In this document: positions 25,501 through 37,697 of the stretch, piece after piece
Numbering within the stretch: the first letter of the stretch is position 1
Layout of the letters: the number at the start of each line of letters is the position of its first letter
Origin: Phaeosaccion multiseriatum
Taxonomy: Eukaryota > Protista > Ochrophyta, other classes
Assembly (NCBI GenBank): GCA_965112735.1
Contig: OZ218956.1
Location: forward strand, 2,542,001-2,606,000
Reading direction: 5' to 3'
DNA length: 64,000 bases
Notes under the pieces: generated by a model
What the model saw: only the letters and a program-made list of their open reading frames with translations
Told to the model about the DNA's origin: nothing
Database searches by the model: none
Program-made: the position numbers and the translations under genes

Positions 25501-26201
25501 TCTACTGCAGGGACCGGGCAGACTTTCTCGACCTCGCAGACAGGATCAGACAGGTGAGTGGGTGGGTGGGTGGGTGGGTGGGTGGGTGGGTGGGTGGGTG
25601 GGTGGATAGGTGGGTGAGTAGGTGGTTAGGGGGTGGGGAGGTTGGAGGGTACAGGTGGAGGTGCAGACAGACACGATAAGACACAGGTGGGAAGGTGGGT
25701 GGGTGGTTAGGTGCTGTGTCCTGCACCTCCACCCATACTACCCCCTACCCTTGCTCCACTACCCCGCCGACGCACTGCCTTGTCATGCTCTCACACTCCC
25801 TACCCTTGCTCCACTACCCCGCCGACGCACTGCCTTGTCATGCTCTCACACTCCCTACCCTTGCTCCACTACCCCGTCGACGCACTGCCTTGTCATGTTG
25901 CCATCTTGTCTTGTCCTGTCTTTCGTGTTGTGTTCTTCCTCATGTGCGTTTGTTTGCGCTACTACTGCCGCGTGCACTTTTCCGTATGCAAATGGCCAAT
26001 GGTTGTCATGTACACGTGTATCACCAACGCGCGGAGCAGCTGGGCAACGCGAAAGACAGCCCCTCCCCGCCCTTCTCCGTGGCCGCGAGCTGCCCTGACT
26101 ACGCCAGCGAACCCTACCTCGCGAGCTTCGCGGGGGACGGGAGCGATAACGAGGGGGGGGGGCTCGCGGAGGACGAGGAGGAGGACTACGTCTTTGTATG
26201 A
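22544..26201 (+). CDS. ATG4: Autophagy cysteine protease ATG4
   Basis: Exons 22544-22748, 22883-23265, 23667-25190, 25422-25553, 26040-26201. Motifs: WCSYRSNF, DTGWGCMLR (catalytic Cys), GEWYGPS, GIIGGRPNHA, LDPH (catalytic Asp/His), DPSLAIGFYC, and a C-terminal LIR EEEDYVFV. Confidence 0.95.
25745..25897. repeat. 55-bp tandem repeat, about 2.8 copies, in the last ATG4 intron
   Basis: TTGCTCCACT recurs at 25751, 25806 and 25861. Confidence 0.9.
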
Positions 26202-26298
26202 GAGAGGAGGAGGACTACGTCTTTGTATGAGAGAGGAGGAGGACTACGTCTTTCTATGAGAGAGGAGGAGGACTACGTCTTTGTATGAGAGAGGAGGA
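26175..26298 (+). repeat. 29-bp tandem repeat x4 of the ATG4 C-terminal LIR and stop codon
   Basis: GACTACGTC recurs at 26184, 26213, 26242 and 26271. Confidence 0.95.
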
Positions 26299-26744
26299 GA
26301 GAGACACAGACGCCTCACTTTATGTGAGACAGAGGAGAGGCACAACCCTAGGGGATGGCAACAGACAGACAGAGCCTTCGTATGAGAAGAGAAGAGTTTC
26401 GGCCGATGGCCCACTCGTAGGCAATACACAGGCATTGCCTGACTCGGACCGAGGGCCTGCCCTAGGGCACGGGCAAGAATGAGTCTCGATGAGAGAGAAA
26501 ACAGTCGAGCGTGGGCCGCCTTCGGAAGAGGAGTGCAGAGGAGGAGAGCCTCCCCTCCCCTCCATCCCCTCTTGCTTCCTCTTGACCGAAATGGGGTGGG
26601 GGGGGGGGTGACGGGTCATGGAAAGTGAGTGGTGCGTGCGTGCGCGCGTACGTACGTACTTACCCACTTCCCTCCCTTTCGCGCCCCTTTTTTGGAGCGG
26701 TAGGAGGAGGCGAGGGCATGGGTGCGTGCGTGTGTGTGTGTGTT

Positions 26745-26784
<40 letters not shown>

Positions 26785-26815
26785 TGCGTGTAATTATGTG
26801 TGTGCGTATGTGTGG

Positions 26816-26860
<45 letters not shown>

Positions 26861-27534
26861 CCATGGCCCTATGCTGGGGCCATGGCTAGGGCCATGCAGC
26901 TGTTGGCTTCAGCGAGGGAGGGGGCCGGGGTTGGGGGATGGTGGGTAGTGGTTTGTGGATGAGGTGTAAATAGGTAACTCTTGGGGAGGGACGGAAGGGA
27001 GGGTTCGGTGGAGGGACCTGAGAGACGCTGGTCTTTGATCAAGGTTCGGGCGGGTGGTGTTGTTAGTATGATTTTTGTTTTTATTTAGTATTACGAAGTA
27101 GGGGGGATCTAAAAGGAAATAACTTTCTTGAATGTACAATGATTTGTAGTGAGCCCTTTACCCACGGCGTGTCTGTCCTCCACGGAGAGACACACCAAGA
27201 TACAAAAGACACACACTACACCGTGACCAACACCGAGCACACTTGCCGTCCGTCCGTCCGTCCGTCCGTCCGTCCGTCTGTCCGACCGCTCAATTAGAAA
27301 TCCATTGCAAGCGGGACACAAACGAGCCCAACCCTCCTCTCTTCCCAAAAACAAAACTCTGGTGATAAGAAACATCTGATGACGCCTGGCTCCCTCCCAT
27401 ACTCCTCCTCCCTCCTCCCTCTTCCCCGGCCCGGCCGCCCCCCTCCCCCCCCCCCCAACCCTCATTCCTTCCTATAGTGTGGTGTGCTAAGTAATCTTAA
27501 GTAGGCACAAGCCCTCTCCCTCTCAAGCGCCGCC

Positions 27535-27886
27535 CTACTTTTTGCATTCCTCGCCCATATCGCCTTCCACCACTATCACCACTTCCGTGTCTGGACTGAC
27601 GTGATAGTCCAGCAGCGAGAGCGGATCCAACATGACCTGAGTCCCGTCGAGGAGCAGCGTCTGTCCGCCCATGGATATTCCAAACTCACTCTCTACAAAG
27701 CTCTTGACGAATTCGACGGTCTGCCCCTGCTGGAAGGAGTGCTCCCCCGTGCTTCCGTCGGGTAGTTCGAAGGTCACCTTAGGAGGGGAGGGAGGGATGG
27801 CAGTGGATGGGGAAGGAGAGAGAGGGTGGAAAGAATGTGCTCATGCTGAGGTGCCACACCCATAGGTGGGGGAGGAAGAGGGAGAG

Positions 27887-27926
<40 letters not shown>

Positions 27927-27931
27927 AAGAA

Positions 27932-28001
<70 letters not shown>

Positions 28002-28292
28002 GACAGGGAGAAATAGACTTCGATTCGTTCCCTCACGTACCATGATCTTGGCTTCCTGCTGCTGTATCGCGTGCATCTCCTCCGCACCGCCGTCTCTTCT
28101 TGGCCCTCCCTCGGGGCCCTCTGCCAGGCTAAGCCTGAGAGGCGGCCCTCTTGCTGCTACCTCTCCTCCTCCTCCCCCCCCCTCCTCTTCCTCCTCCTCC
28201 TCCTCCTCCTCCTCCTCCTCCTCCCAATCCTCCTCCTCCTCCTCCTCCTCCTCCTCCTCCTCCTCCTCCTCCTTGCTTGTCCATCGCCGCAT
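27535..28292 (-). CDS. Small protein with a C-terminal ubiquitin-like (beta-grasp) domain
   Basis: Exon ...QQQEAKIM|GTACGT (28041) splices to TAAG|VTFELPDGSTGEHSFQQGQTVEFVKSFVESEFGI...MLDPLSLLDY. The start is ambiguous because of a (GGA)n tract. Confidence 0.7.
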
Positions 28293-28916
28293 CGTTCAGC
28301 ATGATGACTGACTCGTCATCTCCCTCTTTTGACAGGACAGTGATGAAGAAGGGGAGGAGATAGATGGAGGGAAAAAATGCTCGATATAAGGAGAGGAGAG
28401 AAGAGAGAAGAAAAATAGTTCTTCGCATCCTTTCACTCTCGGACCTCCCCTCACCCTTCTTCAATACCCCATCTGAGGCCCGTTCCACTCCCTGATTCTC
28501 TCTCTCTCTCTCTCTCTGTCTGTCTCTCTCTCACCTGCATCCTCCTCGAAGCTCGATCGCCTCGATGATCTCGGTGGTGTGCTCTTTTGCTCATCGCCGC
28601 TGCTCTCCTTCTCAAAAGCCGCCCCTCCCCCCATCGAGCGATAGCCGTCAGGACCATCGTCCTTGCTCTCCATTACGAGAGAAGCAAATGCGCCTTCCCT
28701 CTTTTTCCGATCTCGTCGCTCAACAGCCAGTTTCAGTTTCTGTTGGAGGATCCTTGGCTTCAGCAAGCCGACATCAAGGAAATTCAGACTTTTTAGAGAG
28801 GTGATTAAGGAGCCACATAGCAGTATACGGAGAGGAAATAAGGCGTTCACGGTGGACGAAAGTGTCTTCCTGACGAGGTCAACCAGCAGCGTAACGCAGT
28901 GGAGTATTTTTTTGAT

Positions 28917-28935
28917 ATGGTGAGTAATACCAGAG

Positions 28936-28966
<31 letters not shown>

Positions 28967-31418
28967 CTGGAGAGGGAACAGAGGGAGCCAAGCAATCAAC
29001 TACTTCGTCGAATATTCCGCAAGCGGTGGCTGTATAGGAAGGGCTTCTCCGTCCATCACCTCCTTCTGTACTTCTCTTCACATCCACCTGCTTTCCACCT
29101 TCCCTCTCCAATTGAAGAGGAGCGATACCCTCTCAACTCGACGACCTAGTCCTTTGTTTTCCATCTGCCAAATATCCTCCCTCCCTCGCCTCCCTCGCTT
29201 CTCTCAGTCATATCGGGCGACTTCTCGGGCAGAAGGGGCGCACGAGGAGGGTATTTGGAGCGTGGCTTGGACTAGCAGAGGGAGCGTATTGTCAGGGTCG
29301 GTGGATGAGAGAGCGAGAGTATGGTGAGAGCAATAGTGACTCCCTTCCTCTCTCTTTCCCTCCATCTCGCCTCTCTCCCTCTCTTCCTCCCTCCCTGTCT
29401 CTATTCTCCCTTTTGGTGGTCGCCTTTGTATTCTCTCAGACCTCGGTGGACCCCTTATCCTCTTCCCTAGGCTCATTTGCTGTCTCTTCCCTCCTCCTTC
29501 TCCTTCTCCTTTCCCCATCGCTCCATCCCCCCCTTAGGAATGACGAGCTGAGTCCCAGCAACTCACTGGGGGGTCACCGGTTGGGAGTGGTTAGCATCAA
29601 GCCCACCTCAGACGGAAACACAGCAGTTACCAGCTCGCTCGACAGTTCTCTGCGCTTTTGGGACTTGAATTCGGGCACACAAACAGGCATCATTGAAGCG
29701 GGACCAGGTTCGTGTACTCCATCCCGTCCATTGATGCGTCACTCATCACCCACCGACCCACTCACTCACTCAATCAATCAGCTCACCCATCCACCCACTC
29801 ACCCACCCAGCCTCCTACCCACTCCCTTACTCAGCTCACGCACCCACCCAATGCTATACCCCCATACCTCCATCAATCTCTCCATCCCTCCCTCTACCCA
29901 TACCCACCCACACACCCACCCAGTGGAGGCTTGGACAGTGGATGTGAGCCCTGATGACAAGCTGCTCGCCGCGGGCACTCAGCGGGGGTCAGTCAACGTG
30001 TGGAGTATGCAGAGCAAAGAGAAGGTGGCCAGCTTAGAGACCAGAGACAAGTTCTTGCTGAGTGTGGCCTTTAGCCCCAACGGAAAGAGGATAGCCTCGG
30101 GAGGTGAGTGAGTGAGTGAGTGAGTGAGTGTGTGAGTGAGTGAGTGAGTGCGTGCGTGAGTGAGTGAGTGAGTGAGTGAGTGGTGAGTTAGTGTGTGAGT
30201 GATGGAGAGGTCGAGGTGGCCGATCAACGTGACAGATGTGTACGTCTAGTAACAGGTTCGATTGGCGCCTCAGCTTGGTCTTACGCCCTCCTCCTCCTCC
30301 TCCTCCTGCTCCTCATCCTCCTCCTCTTCTCCCTCCTCCTCCTCCTCTCCCTCCTCCTCCCCCCCCTCCTCCTCCCTCCCTTGTACACAGGTTTGGATGG
30401 CCTGGTGAACATCTTCGACGTTGAGAACCAAAAGCTCGCTGCAAAGCTTGAGGGACACGCTATGCCCATCCGGAGCCTCTGCTTCTCTCCCGACGGCTCC
30501 CTGCTCTTCACTGCCTCGGATGATATGCGAGTGCATGTCTATGACGTGTGAGTTTCAGTGTTCTCCCCCGATTCAGTTTCATAGGTTACGTTTTCCCTTC
30601 CCCTTTGCTTTGTAGTTTGCTCACTCTGCTGCTCACCTCCGCCCCTCCCTGTGTTCCTGCACCATCTTTGCTCCTCATCTACTGCCATGTACTGTCATCT
30701 GGTGCTCCTTCTGCTGCTGCTGGTGGCGGTCCTTCAGAAAACGGAATAGCGTGGTGGCGTCCTTCACAGGACATACCTCCCTAGTGCTCAGTGTGGCGTG
30801 TAGTCCAGATGGGAAGCATTTCGCATCGAGGTGAGGGAGAGAGAGGGAGGGAGAGAGGCAAGAGCGCAGGGGGAGAGAGAGAGACAGAAGAGCAGACGAG
30901 TATACACTTCTGATCGCATCACTCCTGCATCTCCTTTAGTGTCTGTCCTGCGCAGTGCCTCTCTGTGGCATCCAATCATGCATCCCGTCTCCTCTGTGCC
31001 GGTGTGGGTGTGTGTGCGTTCCGTCTTGTTCATCTGGACTCTCTCTCTCTGTCTCTCTCTCGCACTCTCTTGTCTTGTCTCTATTCCAATCGATCACTCA
31101 GCGGTAGCGACAAGACTGTGAAGGTATGGGACCTCGCAGGAAAGCAATGTGTGCACACCTTTGACAGCGCACACACAGATCAGGTACGAAACAAGAGAGA
31201 GAGAGAGCTAAAGGGAGCGTGACTGGCTCTTGTGGCTGCCTGGCCTCTGGATCCACCTTAACCCTGCAACACGTCCTAATCCACTTCCATGCACTGCCAT
31301 CCACTGCTATCCCCCGTCTCCGCAGGTGTGGAGCGTGGCCTATAATGCCACCGGCGATAAGCTCGTGTCGGGCGGGGACGATGGCACCCTACAGATGTAT
31401 GCCATTGGAACCGTGTAG
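28917..31418 (+). CDS. WDR61: WD40-repeat protein WDR61/SKI8
   Basis: ATG-only first coding exon, then [72 protein letters not shown]. All exons splice in frame. Confidence 0.92.
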
Positions 31419-31670
31419 GGAGAAAAGAGAAACACGATACGATACCGCACGTATTATATATATATATACACCACACGAGACCTACAAAAAAACTAAATCA
31501 TGACTTGACCGGATGCACAAACGCAACCGCACCCGTTTCCCTTATTTGTGCAAACGACACAAACCTGGCAAGACCTGCAAAACTGAATAGTGACATGACG
31601 GATGCAAAAGACAGTGTCCTTTAGTGTAAGTGATTGTATGGGTTGTTGTGAGTGGGGCCACACAGTAGCC

Positions 31671-31962
31671 CTAGGACATGGCGAAGGCGTCCGACGGACT
31701 TCCCATGCCCAATTCATCGGCAACGATACTGAGAAGCTTCACACTTGCCGCCCTGCCCTTGACGAGCTTATTGCACAGGAGCGACAGCACCACTCCGCTC
31801 TCGGGGTGTGCAATCACAAGGCTGCCGCCCATACCCACATGACCGAAGCCCGATAGAGCGCTCGTGCGCCCTTCTTCCCCTCCTCCTGCCACTCCTCCTC
31901 CTCCTCCCAGTCCTCCTCCTCTTTGGCTTGATCCTTCACTGCTCCTTCGCGTGCTGCCGCTC

Positions 31963-31999
<37 letters not shown>

Positions 32000-33845
32000 T
32001 CCTGCTGTTCACACTTCTACGGAGGCCAATGTTGCTAATCCCTCGGTACTCTGAACTGGCACCGCCGCCGATACCGGTGGTGGTGGTGGTGGTGGCGCTG
32101 GTGGTGGAGGAAAGAGACGCGACGCTGCCCCCCTCGCGTTGCGCTTGTTGCTGCTCCTGTTTGTGAAAGCCGAAGAGTTGAAAGCCGAGACCGTAGCGTA
32201 CCTCGTGGGGCAGACCTTCGGGGTAGAGAGAGGGAGAGGGAAAGGGAGAGGATAGGCAGAGAGAAAGAGACAGAGAAGAGGGGGAGAGGGAGAGAGGGAG
32301 AGAGGGAGAGAGGGAGAGAGAGAGAGAGAGACAGGGATTGTTGGAGATTGAGAGAGACGGAGAGGCAGGGAGGGGGAGTGAGCCAAGAAAAATAGAAAGA
32401 ATGTGAAGAAGATCACACAATCTAATCAGAGCAGAGAGGTATATACGGCAGAGGTATACATGGCAGAGGTATATATGGCAGAGGTACATGGGTAGAGCAC
32501 ATAGGTATATATGGCAGAGGTACATGGGTAGAGCACATAGGTATATATGGCAGAGGTACATGGGTAGAGCACATAGGTATATATGGCAGAGGTACATGGG
32601 TAGAGCACAGAGGTATATATGGCAGAGGTACATGGGTACAGCACAGAGGTATATATGGCAGAGGTACATGGGTACAGCACAGAGGTATATATGGCAGAGA
32701 TACATGGGTACAGCACAGAGGTATATATGGCAGAGGTAAATGGGTACAGCACAGAGGTATATATGGCAGAGATACATGGGTACAGCACAGAGGTATATAT
32801 GGCAGAGGTACATGGGTAGAGCACAGAGGTATATATGGCAGAGATACATGGGTACAGCATAGAGGTATATATGGCAGAGGTATATATGGCAGAGATACAT
32901 GGGTACAGCACAGAGGTATATATGGCAGAGGTACATGGGTAGAGCACAGAGGTATATATGGCAGAGGTACATGGGTACAGCACAGAGGTATATATGGCAG
33001 AGGTACATGGGTACAGCACAGAGGTATATATGGCAGAGATACATGGGTACAGCACAGAGGTATATATGGCAGAGGTAAATGGGTAGAGCACAGAGGTATA
33101 TATGGCAGAGGTATATATGGCAGAGATACATGGGTACAGCACAGAGGTATATATGGCAGAGATACATGGGTACAGCACAGAGGTATATATGGCAGAGGTA
33201 AATGGGTACAGCACAGAGGTATATATGGCAGAGATACATGGGTACAGCATAGAGGTATATATGGCAGAGATACATGGGTACAGCACAGAGGTATATATGG
33301 CAGAGGTACATGGGTAGAGCACAGAGGTATATATGGCAGAGGTATATATGGCAGAGATACATGGGTACAGCACAGAGGTATATATGGCAGAGATACATGG
33401 GTACAGCACAGAGGCATATATGGCAGAGGTACATGGGTACAGCACAGAGGTATATATGGCAGAGGTACATGGGTAGAGCACAGAGGTATATATGGCAGAG
33501 GTACATGGGTACAGCACAGAGGTATATATGGCAGAGGTACATGGGTAGAGCACAGAGGTATGTACGGCAGAGGTATATGGGTACAGCACAGAGGTACATA
33601 TGGCAGAGGTACATGGGTACAGCACAGAGGTATATATGGCAGAGGTATATGGGTAGAGCACAGAGGTCTAAATGGCAGAGGTATATGGGTAGAGCAGACA
33701 AGAGCAGATTGTGATACAGAGCAGACGTGTGACGTACCGAAGAGGTGAAGCAGGGCGCTCGTGTCTGTAGCGGCGTGCTCTACTGCGCCCAGCATCGCTT
33801 CTCTGGGAAGGAGCTTGCCCGCACTGCCGCCGCTGCTGCCGCTAT

Positions 33846-33879
<34 letters not shown>

Positions 33880-34073
33880 GCTGCTGCTGCTGGTGCTATT
33901 ACTACTGCTGCCCCTACTGCCGTTGCTGTTCCTGCTGCTGCTGGTGCCTCGCTTGACTCGGTCAGAGCCCCCCAGCGACGCGAGTAAGTCGTCGAAAAGA
34001 ACCGCGAGGCCTCGGGCCGTGAAGTGACCGTTGGCAGCAGGGATGGTGGCGCTCCTTCTCGGCACAAGGACCG

Positions 34074-34127
<54 letters not shown>

Positions 34128-34157
34128 CAGAGAGAGAGAGATAGAGACAGAGAGAGA

Positions 34158-34211
<54 letters not shown>

Positions 34212-35802
34212 GATAGAGATAGAGAGAGAAAGAGATAGAGAGAGGGGATGAGAGTGCGGCAGGGGAAGAGGGAGAGGCCAGGAGAGGACAAGAGAGGGAA
34301 GTGAGCGGCGGGGATGAGGGGTAAAGGACGGAAGGGTTCTGCGATGCAGCTACTCCTACGCTTGGCTTCGCTTGCATGTGGGCCAGGAGAAGAGGAGAAG
34401 AATAAGGCAGCAAGAGATGATCGGATTGGGGCCCGTACCTGAGCTCGTGCGAATTGAACACGCGAGGGTCGAGGAAGTACTCCCTACCGCGGAGCTTGAC
34501 GGCAAGCTCTCCGATGGCGGCGCCTTCCACAGGGTCGTACTCGGACACGGCCTTTGCAATCATGCCCACCACTCCTCCCCCTTTGCGTCCATGGAAGGAG
34601 GTAAGTAGGGAGAGGGGCGGGAGACAAGGAAAAGAGGGAGGGAGGGAGGGAGGTGGGTAGGGTGTGTGTTCATAGGTAGGTAGGTAAGTAGGTAGGAGGG
34701 TAGGGAGGTGGGCTAGGTGGGAGGCAGGTGGGTGGGTAGGTAGGTACGTGGGTAGATGTGTAGACACCATTGGCGCACGTCGTGTTGACGCTACAAAGGG
34801 GCAGGTTGAGCACCACACCACAGGGGTTGGTCACAACCCAGGCTCGCTCACAGGTTAGGTGTCGAACACTGGTGTCAGGAAGACATACATACACTTCCAC
34901 CCCACCCCCCCCCCCCCCCGCGAAGCTTGACTCAAGTGAGCACCCACCCACCTTCCTCCTCGTCGATGCTGTCCCCTAGCCCCTGCCCCTGCCCCTCGCT
35001 GCTCTCCGTCATATCCTTGAGGAAGCTGTGCTCCATGGAGGCAAGCCTGCTCTCGGGTTCACCCTGAGTTGGGCATTTAGCGGAGTAGCGCAAGGGGAAA
35101 TGGATGGGACGACACATAACATTACATAACACTAGTATGTAAATGTATATGCGGGGGATAGGGAGCGGGGGTCTTGAGTCGGGGGAAGGGAGGGCGGAGA
35201 GGAGCGGAGAGCTCTCCTGCTCCCTCCCCCTTCTTCTCTTCCTCCTCCCCTCTCTCTCTCTCACCTTCAATCCTGCTCCGCAAAACACCTCCTTTTCAAT
35301 CCCGAGCGGCTCCAAAATCTCCTTCTTCACAAAGGCCGAGAAGGTCTCTCCAGTGGTCTTCTCTACCACAGCCCCTGCCAGCCATCCAAAGGAGAAGTAG
35401 TGGTAGGCTGTTCGACTCCCTGGTGCCCACACGGGCGTTGCCTCTTCCATCACCTTGAGCATGCCTGGAAGAAAGCGAGGGAGAGAAGGATGGATGGATG
35501 GCAGTCGATGGTCAGCGAGGAGCACCCCCACACTTTGACAGTCCACATCAAGCACTCTCACACACACGCACACACACGTTCAGTTTCTTGGTGATTCCTA
35601 TTAAGTCAATAAAGCACACTTTAATCTCATCACTCTCTTATCATACCTGCCCAATCGCACACGGCCTCGAAGTTGGCCTCGGTAGGGAAGGCGTGCTGCA
35701 GCCCGGTGCTGTGCGTGAGGATGTGTCTCACGGTTGTCGTGTGCTTCAGGTTGTGGCTGGTGTTGCTCTTTTCGCTGTTGTTGCTGTTGTCACTGTTGCT
35801 AG

Positions 35803-35837
<35 letters not shown>

Positions 35838-37286
35838 GTGGTGGTGGTGGTGTTGGTGGTACTGCTGCTGCAAGGCTTGGCGAAGTTAGGCCAAATGGTG
35901 ACAAGGGGAGTATCTGTACAGTCAGGGGTCAGGGTCAGAGGTCAGGGGTCAGGGTCAGGACCAGGAATATACACACACACACCGCTACCACACACACACA
36001 CACACACTCGTCCACCCACTCCTCCCCACCCCCATTCGCCCACCCACTGACTTACTACCCACCCAATGACATACTACCCGCCCACTGACTTACTATACCC
36101 ACCCACCATAAGAGATGCGACCGCTGTGCACGAGTCTGTGAATGGCCGTGGCAGCGAGGGCCTTGGTGATACTGAGGCCGCAGAAGAGGGTGCGAGGGGA
36201 GACGGGGCGGGGGTCCACTCTCCCCTGTGTGCCCCCACTTGTGTGAACAAGCATACGTCCGTGCTGCATCACACACACCTGCATGCATGTGTGTGTATAT
36301 ATATACGCATTTAATCATGTGTGGATGGTCATTGGATGGTCAGGGATGGTCATGGATGGTCTCGGATGGTCATTGGGTGGTCATGGATGGTCATGGATGG
36401 TAATGGGATGGTCGTGGATGGTCATGGATGGTCACGGTGGTCATGGGATGGTCGTGGATGGTCATGGATGGTCATGGATGGTCGTGGATGGTCATGGATG
36501 GTCATGGATGGTCGTGGATGGTCATGGAGAGTGCATTGGTGTCCGGTGTCAATTGTGTCAGACCGAGAGGAGAGGGGAGGAAAGGAGATGGATCGACTGA
36601 TAACCCGACGCAGCCCCCATCCAGACCGTAACCGTAAGTATCTTCCTCCCTTCCCTATATGCCTCTACGTATCTACCTTTGCCCTCCCTTACGTATTCTT
36701 TATACCTGTATGCCTCTAATCTGCCCTTCCTTCACAAGCTCCTCGACGGTCCTCCTCACCCGGGCCTCAAGGCGCGAGAGGCAGGGGGAGGGGTAAATCA
36801 CAGCCTTGGCTCGCTCTGACAAGGGCACTCGGTCAATCAGGGCCCGTTCAGCGAACGGTGCCATGAGGGCGAGGTAGGGTGTCTTGACGCCCAACCTGGC
36901 TCACCACAGGAAGGGAGGAAGGGGGGGGGGGGGGCAGGGAAGGTAGAATGTGGGGTCTGGGTCTTTCCTATGTGTACATATCGCTCCCGTTTCGTCTCCT
37001 TTTCCCCACCTCAACCAACCCAACGTCGAACCTCCTATATTCAGAACCCTCTTGACTGAAGCTGAAACTCTGCTCCTCCCTCCCTCCCTCCCTCCCTCCC
37101 TCCCTCCCTCCCTCCCTCCCTCCCTCCCTCCCTCCCTGCCTGCCTGCCTACCTGCCTGTCTCCCTTACCTACTCCCCAGGCCGTGCAGCAGCTCTGTGGC
37201 TCGGAGGAAGAAAACGACGTCTCCAGGGAAGGCGTCGATTGGATTTCGAGGCTTTACCTTACCGTCCGCTGGAAGGGTAATAGTGT

Positions 37287-37327
<41 letters not shown>

Positions 37328-37625
37328 TCAGTCAGAGAAGAAGGGGAGGGGAGAGGAAAGGAAATGAGAGGAGGGGAGGGGAGGGGAGGGGAGGGGAGAG
37401 GGGCGTTAAGGGACGGATGGCACTCTCCTCCCACGTCTTCCGCTAGGTCTTCCTCCCCTCCCTCCCCCCCCTCACTTTCCATACCTACCTGTCTTCTTCT
37501 TGAGAAAGGTCTTTCGCATATTCTTCCTGTGGTGTGCCCTGAACTCTCTGCGGCTCTCCTCCGCCGGAGCCGTGTCGCGCAGCGAAAAGCGAATGTTATT
37601 CATGTCCTGCAAAGGATCGAATCTG

Positions 37626-37697
<72 letters not shown>

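Noticed and set aside
26175-33700. 29-bp and 36-bp repeats as CRISPR arrays
   Set aside because: Head-to-tail copies with no unique spacers, no cas genes, and a eukaryotic context.
31671-34821. 676-, 799- and 411-aa repeat ORFs as stand-alone Cys/His-rich proteins
   Set aside because: They arise from a stop-free intronic 36-bp minisatellite. The flanking exons splice in frame without it.
36162-36172. One-mismatch copy of the GTTGGTGATAC motif
   Set aside because: It encodes the catalytic S-I-T-K, so it is explained by protein constraint and was not counted. Two-mismatch copies at 7197, 24549 and 39542 were also excluded.
35260-36280. Antibiotic-resistance beta-lactamase or recent bacterial transfer
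   Set aside because: It is an intron-rich domain of a eukaryotic fusion protein, and the fold includes many esterases and peptidases.
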